DNA of 63,383 bases, filler included, from Dimorphilus gyrociliatus (Eukaryota; Animalia; Annelida): the NCBI GenBank assembly GCA_904063045.1. It is 7 parts of 7 records of this genome, joined end to end, with 100 filler letters (N's around TTAATTAATTAA, not from the genome) between each part and the next. Parts side by side here need not be neighbours in the genome. Positions count along the whole stretch, not along the records: positions 1 to 15,830 come from CAJFCJ010000270.1; 6 more parts are not named here. One strand, 5' to 3'. Under the pieces are notes generated by a model. The model did not search any database and had not been told where the DNA came from. It worked only from the letters and a program-made list of their open reading frames with translations. Shown here one piece after another: positions 1 to 13,619 of the stretch (within the stretch, counting starts at the first letter, position 1; each line of letters opens with the position of its first letter). The translations under genes and the position numbers were made by a program.

Positions 1-149
1 CCATATCTTGAGTTTCCTCTTGATCATTAAAACCATCATTTTTGATCGAAGAGGGAAAATACTTCACACCAACCAAAAACGTTATATACATATTATAAAA
101 GAATACTTCCATTAGTAGATAAGTTCTATTTCAGAATAATTAGAGAAAT

Positions 150-490
150 TGGAGGTGAAAACATAGAATAGAAGTCTACGAATCCAACTTTGGAACAACT
201 AAATATAATAAAGGTCGGTTTATAGAAGGTATTGGGTGATTGGTATTGTTGAAAGAACACCAGCCCGAAGAATTATACTCGTTCGTGTTGCTAAACGAGA
301 TAGTTCTACTATAAATAATATATATGAAACGTATGTTGAACTTGGTTCTATTGTGAATACTGATATGTGGAAGGGATATTCAGGTATAACCTTAAACGCG
401 AAGCTCCCTAAAGTTAACGATAAAACCAATTACAGGATGCCATTACAGGACCCTATACAAACACTATCGAGTGCAACTAGAGAGTAATAA
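150..490 (+). pseudogene. Degenerate Merlin / IS1595(ISXO2)-like transposase remnant
   Basis: Fragments GGENIE..ES.FG..KYNKGR and GIVERT...RDSSTI...VELGSIVNTDMWKGY match ISXO2-type DDE motifs; stops and frameshifts present. Confidence 0.6.
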
Positions 491-1389
491 AATTAGAAGT
501 ACCTAACAAGATGAAAAAAATGACTGATATTAACTTATATCTAACCAAATTTATGATAAAAAGACAATTTTCTTACGGATTATTTTAAAGTTTTTGTTAT
601 ATTTCTACTAAGCTATAATTTTTTTTTCATAAAATTACGGGTCGATTTTTTTCAACGATGTTCAAAGGGGATGCATAGATTGGTACTTCGGCAAAAAAAT
701 TAGATTAAGTCCAAAATTTCCCCCTTCTACTTTTTTATACCATAACAAGGTGGGGCTCATTAGAACAATTGAATGATTTCTTTTAAACTTTTTCTTCTTG
801 AGCTTATCAAGCACAGATAGGCGACTTCATAAGTAAGGGGTATAATTATTTGTATGATATAGTGTATTATAAAGCAAACTTTGCAACCGAAACGGCACAA
901 ATATTCGAACAGTTTAGTTTTTAACAATTCCTTAAAAAGAAATTAAGGTTAGAAAGGCGTACAAACAAGAAAATGTCGACTATTTTGAATTAATTCTGTT
1001 ATATTTTAAATTATCAACATAGAATTGGAGACGTAGTGTGTGACTTACTAAAACCGGTCAAATTATATTTGTTAATTCTCTTATTGTTTTGTATATTATA
1101 TTATTTTATTGTATTATTAATTTTAATGTTTTCAGATCTCAACGTTATAGATTTATTTAATTATTCTATTTTTTTACTATAATTTAATGATGTACAATTT
1201 GGCTATAAATATTAAAAATTTTGCTTTTTATTATAATAGTTCATTTTTCTATTATTTAGTTTTTTTGTATTTTTTTAAGCTGAACACAAGTCCAAAACCT
1301 CCCAGGGGTAAACATGGGAAGTAAAATAAATTTAATAAAAATTATCTATAAATATAGCAAACCTTTTGTTAAAACAAAAATAAGATATA

Positions 1390-2847
1390 CAGTCTGTAAA
1401 AAAAAAGTGAACAAGAAAAATTTATTAAAAAACTTATGAAAACAACAATTTTATATTTACATAATATCTTAAAAAATGAACAATGATCATGATACTAACA
1501 AATATTATTTTGAAAAATTCTATGATCAGCTTAAATACTTTTTATTTCAACAAAACTTTTTGACTGTAAAAAAAAAGTGAACAGAAAAATCATTTATTAA
1601 TATATCCGCCTTTTGCTCTATATACCATTAGTGCGGATTTTTTAAAGTTTAAAGCTAGTTTTCTACATGTCTCTATTGATATTGAATTCCATTCTTTAGT
1701 TATAGCTTCTTTTAGTCGGATTTTTTTTTGAATGTTTCTGCCCTATTCTACGCTTTATAATTGCCCACAGATGTTCTATAGGGTTACAGTCTGGTGATTG
1801 AGCTGGCCAAGGTTCTACTTTAATATTATTTTCTGAAAAAAATTCTTTTGCAAGCTTGCTTGTATGTTTTGGGTCATTGTCTTGCACAAAAATATACTCT
1901 TTAAGACCCATTTTTCAACAGAATTAAGTAAAGAGCTGGATAGATGCTACAATATATGCGGCGTCCATCTTTGTATCTATAAATTTTAGTTCTCCAACAC
2001 CATGATATGAAAAACAGCCCCAAACCATCACAGAGCCACCTCCAAATTTTATAGTCTTCTTGATATTTTGAATATCAAGTTTAGAAGACTTTGTACGCCA
2101 TACTTTTGGACTTCCATCGTTGTTAGCAAGGTTAAATTTTGATTCATCGGAGAATATAATCGTTTTTAACGTGCTTTCTGGCATTTTTATCCATCTCTTA
2201 CTTGCATCGTATCTAGCTTTAATATGCCTTGGTTGTAAGAGTGGCTTAGAACATGGCGTAAAGGCTTCGATGTCCATTTTATTTAAGTAATTCTTTACAG
2301 ATGCATGTGAAATGTTGGTATTACATGCTATTTATCTTTTTTGCTATTTTCTTGTTGATAAAAATCCGTTTTCATTATTAAGGTTTAATAAATGATGTTT
2401 AATACTGTTAGATAGCTTAGATGGACGACCATTCCCCTTAAATGTTCTATAGTATTATTATTAGTATATTTTTTGATTATTTTGTGGACTGTTGATAGAG
2501 CTAGTCCTGTTTTATCACTAATTTCTCGATATTTAAAATTTTCTTTAAAAGCAATATGGCTTTCCACTTGTTTCTTCATTGATTTTTCTAGTCATAAAGG
2601 GGTAAATTAGATCGAATTTATACCTTATTGGAGGGAAATTTCAAGTTTTGATCCTGTTCACTTTTTTTTTACAGTCCAAAAAGTTTTTTGAGATAAAAAG
2701 TATTTAAGCTGATCATAGAATTTTTCAAAATCATATTTGTTAGTATCATGACATTGTTATTCTTTTAAGATATTATGTAAATATAAAATTGTTGTTTTCA
2801 TAAGTTTTTTAATAAATTTTTCTTGTTCACTTTTTTTTTACAGACTG
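1390..2847 (-). mobile_element. Tc1/mariner element with long IR/DR-type terminal inverted repeats
   Basis: CAGTCTGTAAAAAAAAAAGTGAACA at 1390 is mirrored by TGTTCACTTTTTTTTTACAGACTG ending 2847; ~200-bp TIRs each with an inner and outer copy of the core motif; TA on both flanks (1388-89, 2848-49). Confidence 0.9.
1590..2579 (-). pseudogene. Tc1 DD34E transposase, frameshifted
   Basis: HTH (YREISDKTGLALSTV), [39 protein letters not shown]; 34 residues between second D and E; split over several frames. Confidence 0.88.
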
Positions 2848-3081
2848 TATATAATATTATAACAGATGGTAATAATAAAAAAAGTAAGAATTAAATACTT
2901 TTAATAAATCAAACACTGTATCAGGAAATCTATTTTTATTAGTAAACCAAAAACAAAAATTATTGATGTATTATTTTAAATTTTATCAAAAAAACTTGAA
3001 TTCCAAAAAAATTTTTGCTATGGATAAATTTTGTGATTATAAAGGGGTGTAAATTTGGGGAATGATCCACCCTCCCCCCCT

Positions 3082-4078
3082 TTTTAATGTATTCTTTTTT
3101 TGTTTAGATAAAAATTTGGTAACTATTTTTTGTTTCAAAGGCATAAAATCTACATAAGATTCATAGTCGTGCTCAAGCAATATCTTACTTACCTCGTTTA
3201 TTTTTATAATTGCATCTTTATATTCTGTTTCTAATTTTTGAAGTCAACTACCTGGTCTTCTTTTACTTCTATCTCATCAGAACTTGAATTTTCTGTTTCA
3301 TCTTTTGTATCGTCTTTTCTGATCGTTATTTTTTTATCTTTGCAAATCAGATTTGCTTTAATTCAGTAATTAAAAACTGTTTTTCTATGAATTGATAATA
3401 GTGCTTGAGAACCCCATGTAAATACTTCATAAATATTTACTTTTTTATTAAATTGCAATGGTTCATGTCTAACATTCCTTGTTTGTTTAATATATCAGTT
3501 TTTAGATAATTATAATATTGGTCTTTGAATGATTTAATTACTCCCATATCAAGAGGTTGTAATAGGTTTGTTGAATTAGGAGGTAAAAACAGAAATCTAA
3601 CATTGAGAAAAATTGGTGATCTTGTGTCCTGAAAAGTTATCTAAAACAACGCATATCTTTCGTTGTGATCGTTTCATTTCTTCATTTATATCCTGAAAAT
3701 AGACAAAAAGTTTTCTTTAGTAACCCAAGCAGATTTATTTGAGGTGTATTTTATGTTCATGTTATCTAATGGTTTATTCTTTAGTGCTCTAGGCTTTTTT
3801 GAATTTCCTACGATTAAAGTGCTCAAAAAATCACCATTTATATTACCGTCAATAAAACCGATATCCGTGTTTTAATTTTCGAAATTCCTTTAGAATTTGA
3901 TTTTTTTGTATATAAGATCTGTTGTTTGGTTTCTTAATAAAAAGACTTGTTTCATCACTATTAAAAATGTTTTTGAAGAATATGATTGTTTTACTGATTC
4001 AAACTCTTTCAAAAAAATTTCAACTTCTGATTCGTTAGCTTTTGATATTGTCTGATGAATTTTAACACTTTTTAATTG
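3082..4078 (-). pseudogene. Truncated, mutated copy of the pogo-type transposase at 9777-11188
   Basis: Near reverse complement of ~10160-11165 with indels; runs into an N gap; no TIR visible. Confidence 0.8.
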
Positions 4079-4253
4079 NNNNNNNNNNNNNNNNNNNNNN
4101 NNNNNNNNNNNNNNNNNNNNNNNNNNNNNNNNNNNNNNNNNNNNNNNNNNNNNNNNNNNNNNNNNNNNNNNNNNNNNNNNNNNNNNNNNNNNNNNNNNNN
4201 NNNNNNNNNNNNNNNNNNNNNNNNNNNNNNNNNNNNNNNNNNNNNNNNNNNNN

Positions 4254-4727
4254 TATATCAATATTTTTAACCACTGATACATTTTTTTCATTTATTTTCA
4301 AAACTTCTATTACATTTGAGTCGCTATGTTGTTTGATGGAGTTGTTCTTTTCATCTATTTTTTCTTTATTGTAGCTATGACCGTCTTTCAATTTATTTTC
4401 AACTTTATTATTATCCTTCTTCTTGTTTCTTTTCCTCTTGGTGTCCTTGTATATTGCCTCGATGAATTTTCTCTTTTTATTGTTCTTAGCTTTTTCAACC
4501 GATTTTTCTTTTTCAATTTCTTTGAGATCTTCGTTTACCATTTTTTCTGTCTTCAATAACTCAATTTCTACTCTTTTTAACCATTGCTTGTATGCTTCGC
4601 TATTGCAGTCTGGTTTGGGCATATTATAAGTTATATCACATTCGTTTTCCGGTTTTTTATTTTGGTTTGGAACTTTCAATCCAGGATTTAATTGTTCATT
4701 AGATAGTCTCTGTATTTCTTTCATCAT
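4254..4727 (-). CDS. Lys/Glu-rich ORF of unknown function, cut by an N gap
   Basis: Open frame of hydrophilic low-complexity sequence; no recognised domain. Confidence 0.25.
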
Positions 4728-4867
4728 TGCCTTCCGTTTTTGGTTTTTTTGTGGTTTTTTGGTTTAAGGAACAATATTTTTTTTTTACGAACAATATTTT
4801 AATGAATTCAGCCATCGGCTTTTCGGTATCTTAGGTAAAACCTCTTACCGATTTCTCTCTAGAGAGT

Positions 4868-6986
4868 TTAGTATTCTACTTCCTCTTCTGTCAATTCTAA
4901 GAGTCTTTTCATTACTAAGTTGTTGGTTCTGCTTGTTGTTGTATATAGTTCGCAGCCCCATTCTGTTATCATTCGCCTTCTAATATCTTCTTCCTTTTCA
5001 ATAATAACATCTTCATTTTTAATTATACAGGATTTTTTAGTCTTTCCTTCCTGTATGATTTCTTTCACTCTACTTTGGTTCTTTCGGTTGATTCTATTAC
5101 GTAGATTACATTTCAGTCTCAGTAATCTATTTATCGGTGCTTCAATTGATAGTATAGAGTATAGTTTCTCGGTAGAAACTCGTGTCTTTATTCCTTTTTT
5201 TAGATTTCTTTCATATGCAGCTTTTCTCGTCTTCGATTTTAAAGTTATGTGCCAGGCGTAATCTAAAGTTGGCCAGGCAAAAATCTTAAACATGTTTAGT
5301 GACTTATTAATCATATTCCTGGGATTAATATTCTTATCTCCTATCATTTTTCGTATCTGCAAAGCTCTCCAGGTGATACATCGTCTTTTATAAGCCATGT
5401 ACGCTTTAGTATCCACTCCTTTTCGGTTGAATGGCAGTCCTAGATAATAAATGGTTCTTTTATTCTCTATTTTTTCATCTTTGACTTTGATTATTGTATT
5501 TTCTCTTCCTGTTACTTCTGTTTTTTCAGGATTTATTTTCAGATGTTTGTTCTCACAGAAATGTACTACTTCGTTTATCATATTATTAATATATCTTGTA
5601 CCATATGCAATTATCGCAATATCGTCAGCGTACAGTATAATGTTCTTCTTTTCCTGCTCTGTCATATGTCTAGTAATTTTATCTATGTAAATGTTAAAAA
5701 GTAGAGGACTCAACACCGATCCTTGTGGGATTCCTCTCTTCATTTGTGCTGATATGTTGATCCCCTTAGCTTGCAACCCTATTGTATTATTTTCTATTGA
5801 CATTGCGATCATATATATTAAACTTACTAAGATCTTCATATAAGATGTTTCTGCAAACAGAATTATATGCTTTGCTTATGTCTAAAGTAGTGAAGATAGC
5901 TTCAGGACACGTTCTTTGGAGGATGTCATCAACTGTTATAATATGATCTACAGTTGAGGCGTGCCTTTTGAAACCTATTTGATTTTTTGAGATTTTTATT
6001 TTTCTATCTAGTCTCTGTTTAATTACTTTGTCAAAGATCATTTTTAACGGTTCACAAATGGCAATTGGTCTGAACTTATTGCTACCTTTAGGTAGTAATA
6101 TTAGTTTATTCTTTTTTAACCATCTAGGAATTTCTCTGTTCTCTATATACTTATTTAGTATCTTTTTAAATTCATTTCGACATTCACTATTCATCATTTT
6201 AAACATTTGATTCATTTGGCCAGATATTCCAGGAGAGGTACCCGTCCTAAGACTATCTATGGCTCTACTAATTTCATAAAATCTTATTTTTTCTATCTTG
6301 TTATTTGTGTATGATTCAGTGTTTACACAATCTCTTGTTGGTTTAAGATTGTTCTCTTTTAGAAATTTTAAGACATCTGAGGTAGTAATCTCCTTTTGTT
6401 GGTCTAGGTTGTGTTTATTTGTATGAATTCCTGTTGAAGTTGCTCGTGTAGTGTTATCATAGGTTCTACTCTAAAGGCATCTTGTGGCTTCTTAACTCGT
6501 TTAACTATATCTTTAATTTCTTTCTTGACACTCTGTTGGTTCTCGAAATCTCCATTCTTCTGATATTTGTTTCTCAATTCTCAGAGTTCAAAGTATTCAT
6601 TTGGTAAGTTAAGAACTTTTTTAACTTTCACGATTCTTTTTCCACAGTATCTATTAAAATAATCATTAATATCTTTTTCTACATCAATAGACTTTTTTAA
6701 TGTTTTAAGCATTACTAATTGCTTTTCATCATTCTTTTTCAACGATCTAATTTTATGTCTACTTATATATTGGTTACTTCTTTTCGTTTTAACAAATTTA
6801 ATGTTAATCCATGCATGATCGGTTGTATTCATTTTATTTATGTTGCTGATTATCAAACTGTTTGCAAAAATAGAATCAGGATTAGATGCTCTATTACCTT
6901 GCCAAAACGGATCTCCTTTCTGCATATCAATGAGGCCTCTTGTCGTCATGATCTCGTCAATATCTTCTGTAAATTGGCCTCTATCT
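4868..6986 (-). mobile_element. Non-LTR retrotransposon (APE endonuclease + reverse transcriptase), frameshifted and 5'-cut by the Merlin element
   Basis: RT motifs LLPKG..FRPIA, QIGFK, LDISKAYN, GIPQGSVLSPLLFNIY, YADD, YLGL; upstream PDSIF...TDHAWI resembles the APE C-terminal D...SDH motifs. Confidence 0.82.
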
Positions 6987-7116
6987 GGGGCTCCTTAAGT
7001 TATTGTGCCACCGACTATATTTGGAAAGTATATTTGAGTGTGGCGCTACAGCTTAAGGAGATGGTTTTTCAAAATAAAATAGAATATAAAAATATAAATT
7101 AATTAAAACTAACAGT

Positions 7117-8028
7117 TTAATCGCTAAATAGTACTTTTAAGATACTGATAAACATTTGATCAATGCTATTCTTATCATAATAATTTAAATATCTTTTTCG
7201 AAATTCAAACTCAACCAAAAAATTAGAAATATTATTTCTAGCGACTCCATGCTTTGATGCAATAACTAATTTCAGATGTGACCAAAAATTTTCAATATTA
7301 TTTGTATGATCACCATTAGTGTTTTTAACCCCCTCTATATGATTCACTATTTTATGAATTGAGTTTAGATTACGAGCTACTGCAGGGTAGGATGGATAAC
7401 CATCTGTAACCAAAACCGAACCTGGTTCTACGTATTGTCTTACAACCTCTGTTAGTGTCTCTGCCTGTCTATTTGGTACGATCTTAATAAAAAATTTTGA
7501 TTTATCAGATTCATCGATACCACCAAATAGCCAAACAGTCGATGAGATGTCATCATGAGCTGAAGTGGGCGAGCTTATATGCCCTTGGCGAGAAATTACG
7601 GATTCATCCAGTTGAACACGTATACCTGGACCTCCTAATTTTCTAAAATTTCTATTATTATATTTACCAAAAGAAATAATAATATGCTTTTTGTATCTAA
7701 TGTAAGTTGGTTCACTTATACCAGTGCTTAGTACATATGTATAATTACGTTGATTTAAAATAAACATAAATACTAAATATAAAAAATCGCTGATTTTTAT
7801 TCTACTATTTTTGTGTGTAGTACATATAGTTATTTGCTTCCTACATGCTTTTCGACTACATCTGTAATAATAAACATCACATACATTTGTTTTTCTTCTT
7901 AATTGCATACTATTATTGATTGTACAATTGATACAATTTTTTTCTTGTGATATAATACGATTTTCTATGAGAAACTCTATTGCCTTTTCAGAGTCTGTAA
8001 ACATCGCATTAGAGAAAAGTATTTTCAT
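7117..8028 (-). CDS. Merlin/ISXO2-like DDE transposase, 303 aa, intact
   Basis: N-terminal CxxC...CxxxxC zinc ribbon, then GGPG.RVQLDES, WLFGGID, VPNR, VTDGYPSY, VNH, HTNNIENFWSHLK. Confidence 0.9.
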   Translation of the reverse strand: MKILFSNAMFTDSEKAIEFLIENRIISQEKNCINCTINNSMQLRRKTNVCDVYYYRCSRKACRKQITICTTHKNSRIKISDFLYLVFMFILNQRNYTYVLSTGISEPTYIRYKKHIIISFGKYNNRNFRKLGGPGIRVQLDESVISRQGHISSPTSAHDDISSTVWLFGGIDESDKSKFFIKIVPNRQAETLTEVVRQYVEPGSVLVTDGYPSYPAVARNLNSIHKIVNHIEGVKNTNGDHTNNIENFWSHLKLVIASKHGVARNNISNFLVEFEFRKRYLNYYDKNSIDQMFISILKVLFSD

Positions 8029-8067
8029 TTAAAGGGTTAAAATTTTTTTAATTTTATTTTTGCTTTC

Positions 8068-8121
8068 CTTAAGTTATTGTGCCACCACAAGCTAAAGCTT
8101 GTGGTGGCACAATAACTTAAG
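8068..8121. repeat. Perfect palindrome (26-bp stem, 2-nt loop) built from the Merlin TIR core
   Basis: CTTAAGTTATTGTGCCACCACAAGCT-AA-AGCTTGTGGTGGCACAATAACTTAAG; pairing checked base by base. Confidence 0.95.
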
Positions 8122-9458
8122 TAGCCCCCAATGTTTGTTCATACTAATAAGATAAATATAAATATAATAGCTTTCTTTCTTTAATTTTCCTCTGATATGA
8201 AGATTAAAATTAATCTTCTTATACTTTAAAATTCTTATTTTGGTCTTAAAAGTATAGGGTTTAAAACTTCTAACAATAGTAAAAAGCGTTTGCATCAAAT
8301 ATTTTTTTGTTGAGAAGTTAAATTCTATATAAGATCAGTAATTTTTGATTTGTCATCAAGTTCTATAATTTATATCCTTGCCAGTGTTTTTAATTTTCAG
8401 CTAACTATCTGCATAGCATCATATATTTAGTTTTGATTATTATTTAAAAATTGTTCTCTTATTTTACGATTAGTTTTTCGCACTAATCATACTCATTTCT
8501 ATTATTTCAGCAAGGGGTCAAAATAGTGGTCTGTGTTTAAAATATTAGTTATTAATATATTTATAATTTCAGTAAATTTAATAGAATAAACAAGAAGGGG
8601 GTTTATGATTTATATCCTCTAAAGCTATTATTGCTATTACCACATTAATAATATCTTTAAGTTCCGGAGTTCATTAATAAAGTTCTTAAATTTTAAAACT
8701 CAAACCAGAGAGTCCACGGTAAGAAATTTGTCCTCTAGGTTATAAAGAATCAAAAAACACAAATTGAATTTGCCTACTACATAATTATGAGTTACAATAA
8801 GGGGCTTACTCAACAGATTACTGATAAAGTGATAGAGAATATTGAAAAATCCATATCAATCCACCAAAAACAGAAATTATTACAACTCAAAAAATGACAA
8901 TAAATATAAAAAGGAAAGAAGTTAAATGTAAAAGAAAGTATGATATCTCGCGAGTTCCCTTATGCTGTCAATGGAGCGACCAGAGACCCAGTATAAAAGC
9001 AAAGAGCTGATCTAGCCTCTATAGAAAAATTCAAATAAAAAGGTTTCTACAGAGAATCAATATATCGTCAGAGATTTCACAAAAGAAGCAATATACTTAT
9101 GGAATATGTTTGTGCGCCCTATAACAGAATATAGTTGGTATGAATATACAAAATCACAAAAGAATAGAACAGAATATGAACCTATGATAAAAGCATCAAT
9201 CAAATTACTATTTGATCTAAATAAACGACTATTATCAAAATAATTAAACCTTATTCTTGGAAGGAGCCCGGGCTAGAATCAATAGACTTCTCTTTAGTAT
9301 TTAAATTAGAATTGTACGAAATAAACAGACGTTAATATATAAACAACTACAGAGAGGTAATCCATACATCGTGCGTATAAATATTAAAAACTCTAAGGAA
9401 ATAAGCAAGGAATAGAACATCAAAGCCATCGAGAAACTACCCACTGGGGGTGCTACTA

Positions 9459-11258
9459 CAGTGGGGTGCGAATTTATCGCACCCCTAATTATAAGAAAAA
9501 CTTAAAATATTATCGCACCCCAGCGATAAAACATAAAAAGTCTTGTAAAATTTCAATAAAACAGTCTGGCCCATAATATTATACTGTTTAGATTGGTTCA
9601 TAGGCTTTATTCGATAGCTTTTAATTTTTTCTAACTTATTTCATCTTTAATTCTACTTTATGAGTTATCGCACCCTTCTAAATTATCGCACCCATTTAAT
9701 TTTTTTTTATTCATACTAAAATTTTTCTATTTATTAAATATATATTTTATTTTACAATATAAATTTTAGCGCACCCATGGAAAACTCTGGAAAAAAACTG
9801 ACAATTAAAAAGAAAGAGGAAACTGTCGAAAGATTGTAGAAAATCCAAAATGGGGATATAAAAAAATAGCAAACAACTTTGATATTACTATTTCCCAGGC
9901 TAGAACAGTAAAAAATAATCTACATTTAATATTAGAACACAAAGATTTACCAGAAAATAAAATAAGAATCACCAAAAACAACAAATATCAAGAGTTCTAT
10001 AAACGCCTTTTAGAGAAAATATAAAAACTTAGAAAAAGTGGATTTCCTTTATCAAAAAATGATTTAAAAACCACCGCAAAAATTATTAAAAAAAATAATG
10101 CACAGTTTGAAGATATAAATATAACAAATTATTTTATACGCAAGTTTATCGAAGAAAACCAATTAAAGAGTGTTAAAATCCACCAGATAATATCAAAAGC
10201 TAACGAATCAGAAGTTGAAATTTTTTTGAAAGAGTTTGAATCAGTAAAACAATCATATTCTTCAGAGAACATTTTTAATAGTGATGAAACAAGTCTTTTT
10301 ATTAAGCAACCAAACAACAGATCTTATATACAAAAAGATCAAAAATCAAATTCAAAGGGTATTTCAAAAATCAAAACACGGATATCGGTTTTATTGACGG
10401 TAAATATAAATGGTGATTTTTTGAGCACTTTAATCGTAGGAAATTCAAAACCCCCTAGAGCACTAAAGAATAAACCATTAGATAACATGAACATAAAATA
10501 CACCTCAAATAAATCTGCTTGGGTTACTAAAGAAAACTTTTTCCTATATTTTCAAGATATAAATGAAGAAATGAAACGATCACAACGAAAGATATGCGTT
10601 GTTTTAGATAACTTTTCGGGACACAAGATCACCAATTTTTCTCATGTTAGATTTCTGTTTTTACCTCCTAATTCAACAAACCTATTACAACCTCTTGATA
10701 TGGGAGTAATTAAATCATTCAAAGACAAATATTATAATTATCTAAAAACTGATATATTAAACAAACAAGGAATGTTAGACACGAACTATTGCGATTTAAT
10801 AAAAAAAGTGAATATTTATGAAGTATTTACATGGGTTTCTCAAGCACTATTATCGATTCACAGAAAAACAGTTTTTAATTGCTGGATTAAAGCAAATCTG
10901 ATTTGCAAAGATAAAAAAATAACGGTCAGAGAAGACGATCCAAAAGATGAAAAAGAAAATTCAAGTTCTGATGAGATAGAAGTAAAAAAAGACCAGGTAG
11001 TTGACTTCAAAGAATTAGAAACAGAATATAAAGATGCAATTATAAAAATAAACGAGGTAAGTAAGATATTGCTTGAGCACGACTATAAATCTTATGTAGA
11101 TTTTATGCCTTTGAAACAAAAAATAGTTACCAAATTTTTATCTAAGCAAAAAAAGAATACATTAAAAGGTTTTTTAATTCCTCAATAAATTAATTTTTTG
11201 TTTAAATTTTTATCGCACCCTTTTTAGAGAAAGGGTGCGATAACTTCGCATCCCACTG
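9459..11258 (+). mobile_element. pogo/Tigger-type DNA transposon
   Basis: TIRs CAGTGGGGTGCGAATTTATCGCACCC / CAGTGGGATGCGAAGTTATCGCACCC (24/26); TA on both flanks; subterminal TATCGCACCC copies. Confidence 0.9.
9777..11188 (+). pseudogene. pogo-type (CENP-B/DDE_1) transposase; 5' part frameshifted, 10226-11188 open
   Basis: IFNSDETSLF, KTRISVLL, SNKSAWVT, VVLDNFSGH, FLPPNSTNLLQPLDMGVIKSFK. Confidence 0.85.
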
Positions 11259-13619
11259 TAGTAGGCCAATTAATAACTTTAGCAACCCCCCCTTAGAGTC
11301 TTTATGAATCAAATATACAAAGAAGGAGGAAGATGATGAAAGCTACTCAAGAAGAGATGAGCAAAACCAAACAAGAACCACCAAACCCCCCCCAACAACA
11401 TAGAAAACCTTAATGACTAATACATCGACCCGCTACCTCGGGTACAGCGTGCCGGCAATGCTCTTCAAAGTATTAATTAAAGTATTAATCTTTAGATAAA
11501 TCTTTTGCTTGTTGTAAAGTTATTAGACCAGAAATTCTAACCCTTAAGTCTTTATAGATTCCATCTGTAGTAAAAAATTTAGGAGAGGAATTATTTACTG
11601 TACAAAAGTGATAATTGTATAATAATAAAAAATCTGTCTTCCAGTATCTTATGTTATCTTTGTATATTTTATGACGCTTGGTTTTAAGAAATTCTGATAT
11701 TTCTTGATTAATTTTAACATTTTAATATTTCTCTGGATATAGCTCCTTTCAACATCTTGTAATCCGACCCTTTTTTTAGTTTGACCATTAATGAAGTAGT
11801 GATGAGCTGTAAACATACAGTCTCTGATCTTTTTCAAAAAGTTCTTGTGTTATTCTCACTATTTTGTTGTGGTGTCCGTAATAACTTTCTTGTAAAAGTG
11901 TTTCATTAATTATCTGAACTGAATGCTATTTTTAAGCCTTTTCTATATTTTAGAAAATAATAAATAAAAATACTAAAATCTATTTTTAGACAATTAATTT
12001 CTACCCCTATTCTCGCTGCCCTCATTATTTAATTCATGTAAGTTTTTATCGATTTCTTTATAAATATTCAAAGCTTTATCATATAATGATTTAATTCTTT
12101 CCTTTGAGGATGTTATATTCGTTATTTCGAAATAAATTTTCAGATATCTTGTTTCCAGGGTTGTATGATTTGCTAAAATTCTATTGCCTTATTTACTTTG
12201 ATTATTTTGTCAGTTAAAGTTTCTATATATTCTGCTCACGTTTTTTCTATGTTGTTTACGAATTGATCCAAGCCTAATTATTTTTAACGTTTCATATAAC
12301 ATATAACTTGTTTGTTTCATTCTAGTTGAATATATGGCTGTTTGTAGATCCTTTTAGGATATTTTCAAAAAAACATATTCATAAAAGGTAATCTTCAAAA
12401 TACTATTTAGATTTTTATATTTAGATTCACTATTTCATAACAATATTCCATAAGTTTTTGTAAAAAATTTAAAATCTTACTGGCTGGGACTTCTATGAAG
12501 TTAACTGTATCATTATAGTTATAAAAATGATTAGGTATGTCTGTTGCATTTATAAAGCCAGTACGATCTTCAAATCTTAATGAAAAAGCATATTTTCTTA
12601 ATTTTATATATTTTGATTCACTCTTTTTATAAATTTATCAAATTTTATCTGTATATTTATAGATACTCTAGGGAAGTTATTTTTCTAATTTGGCTAAGGA
12701 ATGAAATGGAAAGTTTATTTTCTTTTTAATAACTATCACTGTAAATATGCTAGATTGTATCTGATTATAGATATTTAGCTTTATCAATCCATTATTCATA
12801 ACTAATCTATTTTTTTAATGTTTGTTTTTATATTATAGTAAATATTATATACTGTATTTGTTCCGAGCTATTTAATAAAAAAATCTTTGCGTGTATCTTT
12901 CTGCTCGCTTATAAAATAACTTTTCCCTACTGCATTTATTACTCTAGAACTAATTGCATAATCTACTACTAACGTAGATGATGATCCTTTAGTTAATTTT
13001 TTGTTTACTATTTCAAAGAATTCTTCAGCTTTTCTACTATTATTAAAATTCGTTTTGGTGCCCAGAGCTTCATAAAATAAAAAGGAGTCTTTAAGAATTT
13101 CATTTTCTGAAAATAGCTTTTTTAATTTCACGAAGTTATCTTCACTTGCAACCATATCTATATTATGATTTGATGTTTTTGAACCGTTAATATTATTATT
13201 TCGATTATAAGAATATGTTTTCTTCTGGAATACTGGTCTTTCGAGTATCAATGGAAACATATTTCTAAATAATTTTTTTATAAAAACCAAGCACCACATG
13301 AAAAAGCTCGTTAGAAAATATTTCTACGCTAATATGAGTAAAGTAAGACATATAAAAATATTTATTTAAATTCCATATAAATATAAGAAACCTATTAGTA
13401 TATATATTGTTTTTTTACACATAATATTTTGTGTTCGTAAGAACACCTACTGTTTTTATCCAAATTTTATTTCTACTGTATAGTAAGTATTTCTGCAACA
13501 GATAATTTTTATAATCTACGAATGCTCTGTTAAAATACCTTTTTGTAGTATAAACCATGAATATGGAATCAATTATAAGCTTTATAAAACAGTGATTTAT
13601 TTGATTCGTAACAAAATCG

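Larger units (their letters stand above)
6987..8128 (-). mobile_element. Merlin / IS1595-like DNA transposon
   Basis: 26-bp TIRs (GGGGCTCCTTAAGTTATTGTGCCACC vs GGGGCTACTTAAGTTATTGTGCCACC, 25/26) flank an intact transposase; no TSD found. Confidence 0.85.

Noticed and set aside
8640-9455. Further degenerate LINE copy interrupted by the pogo element and continuing at 11261-11460
   Set aside because: Only faint similarity by eye; needs a tBLASTn with the 4868-6215 RT to support it.
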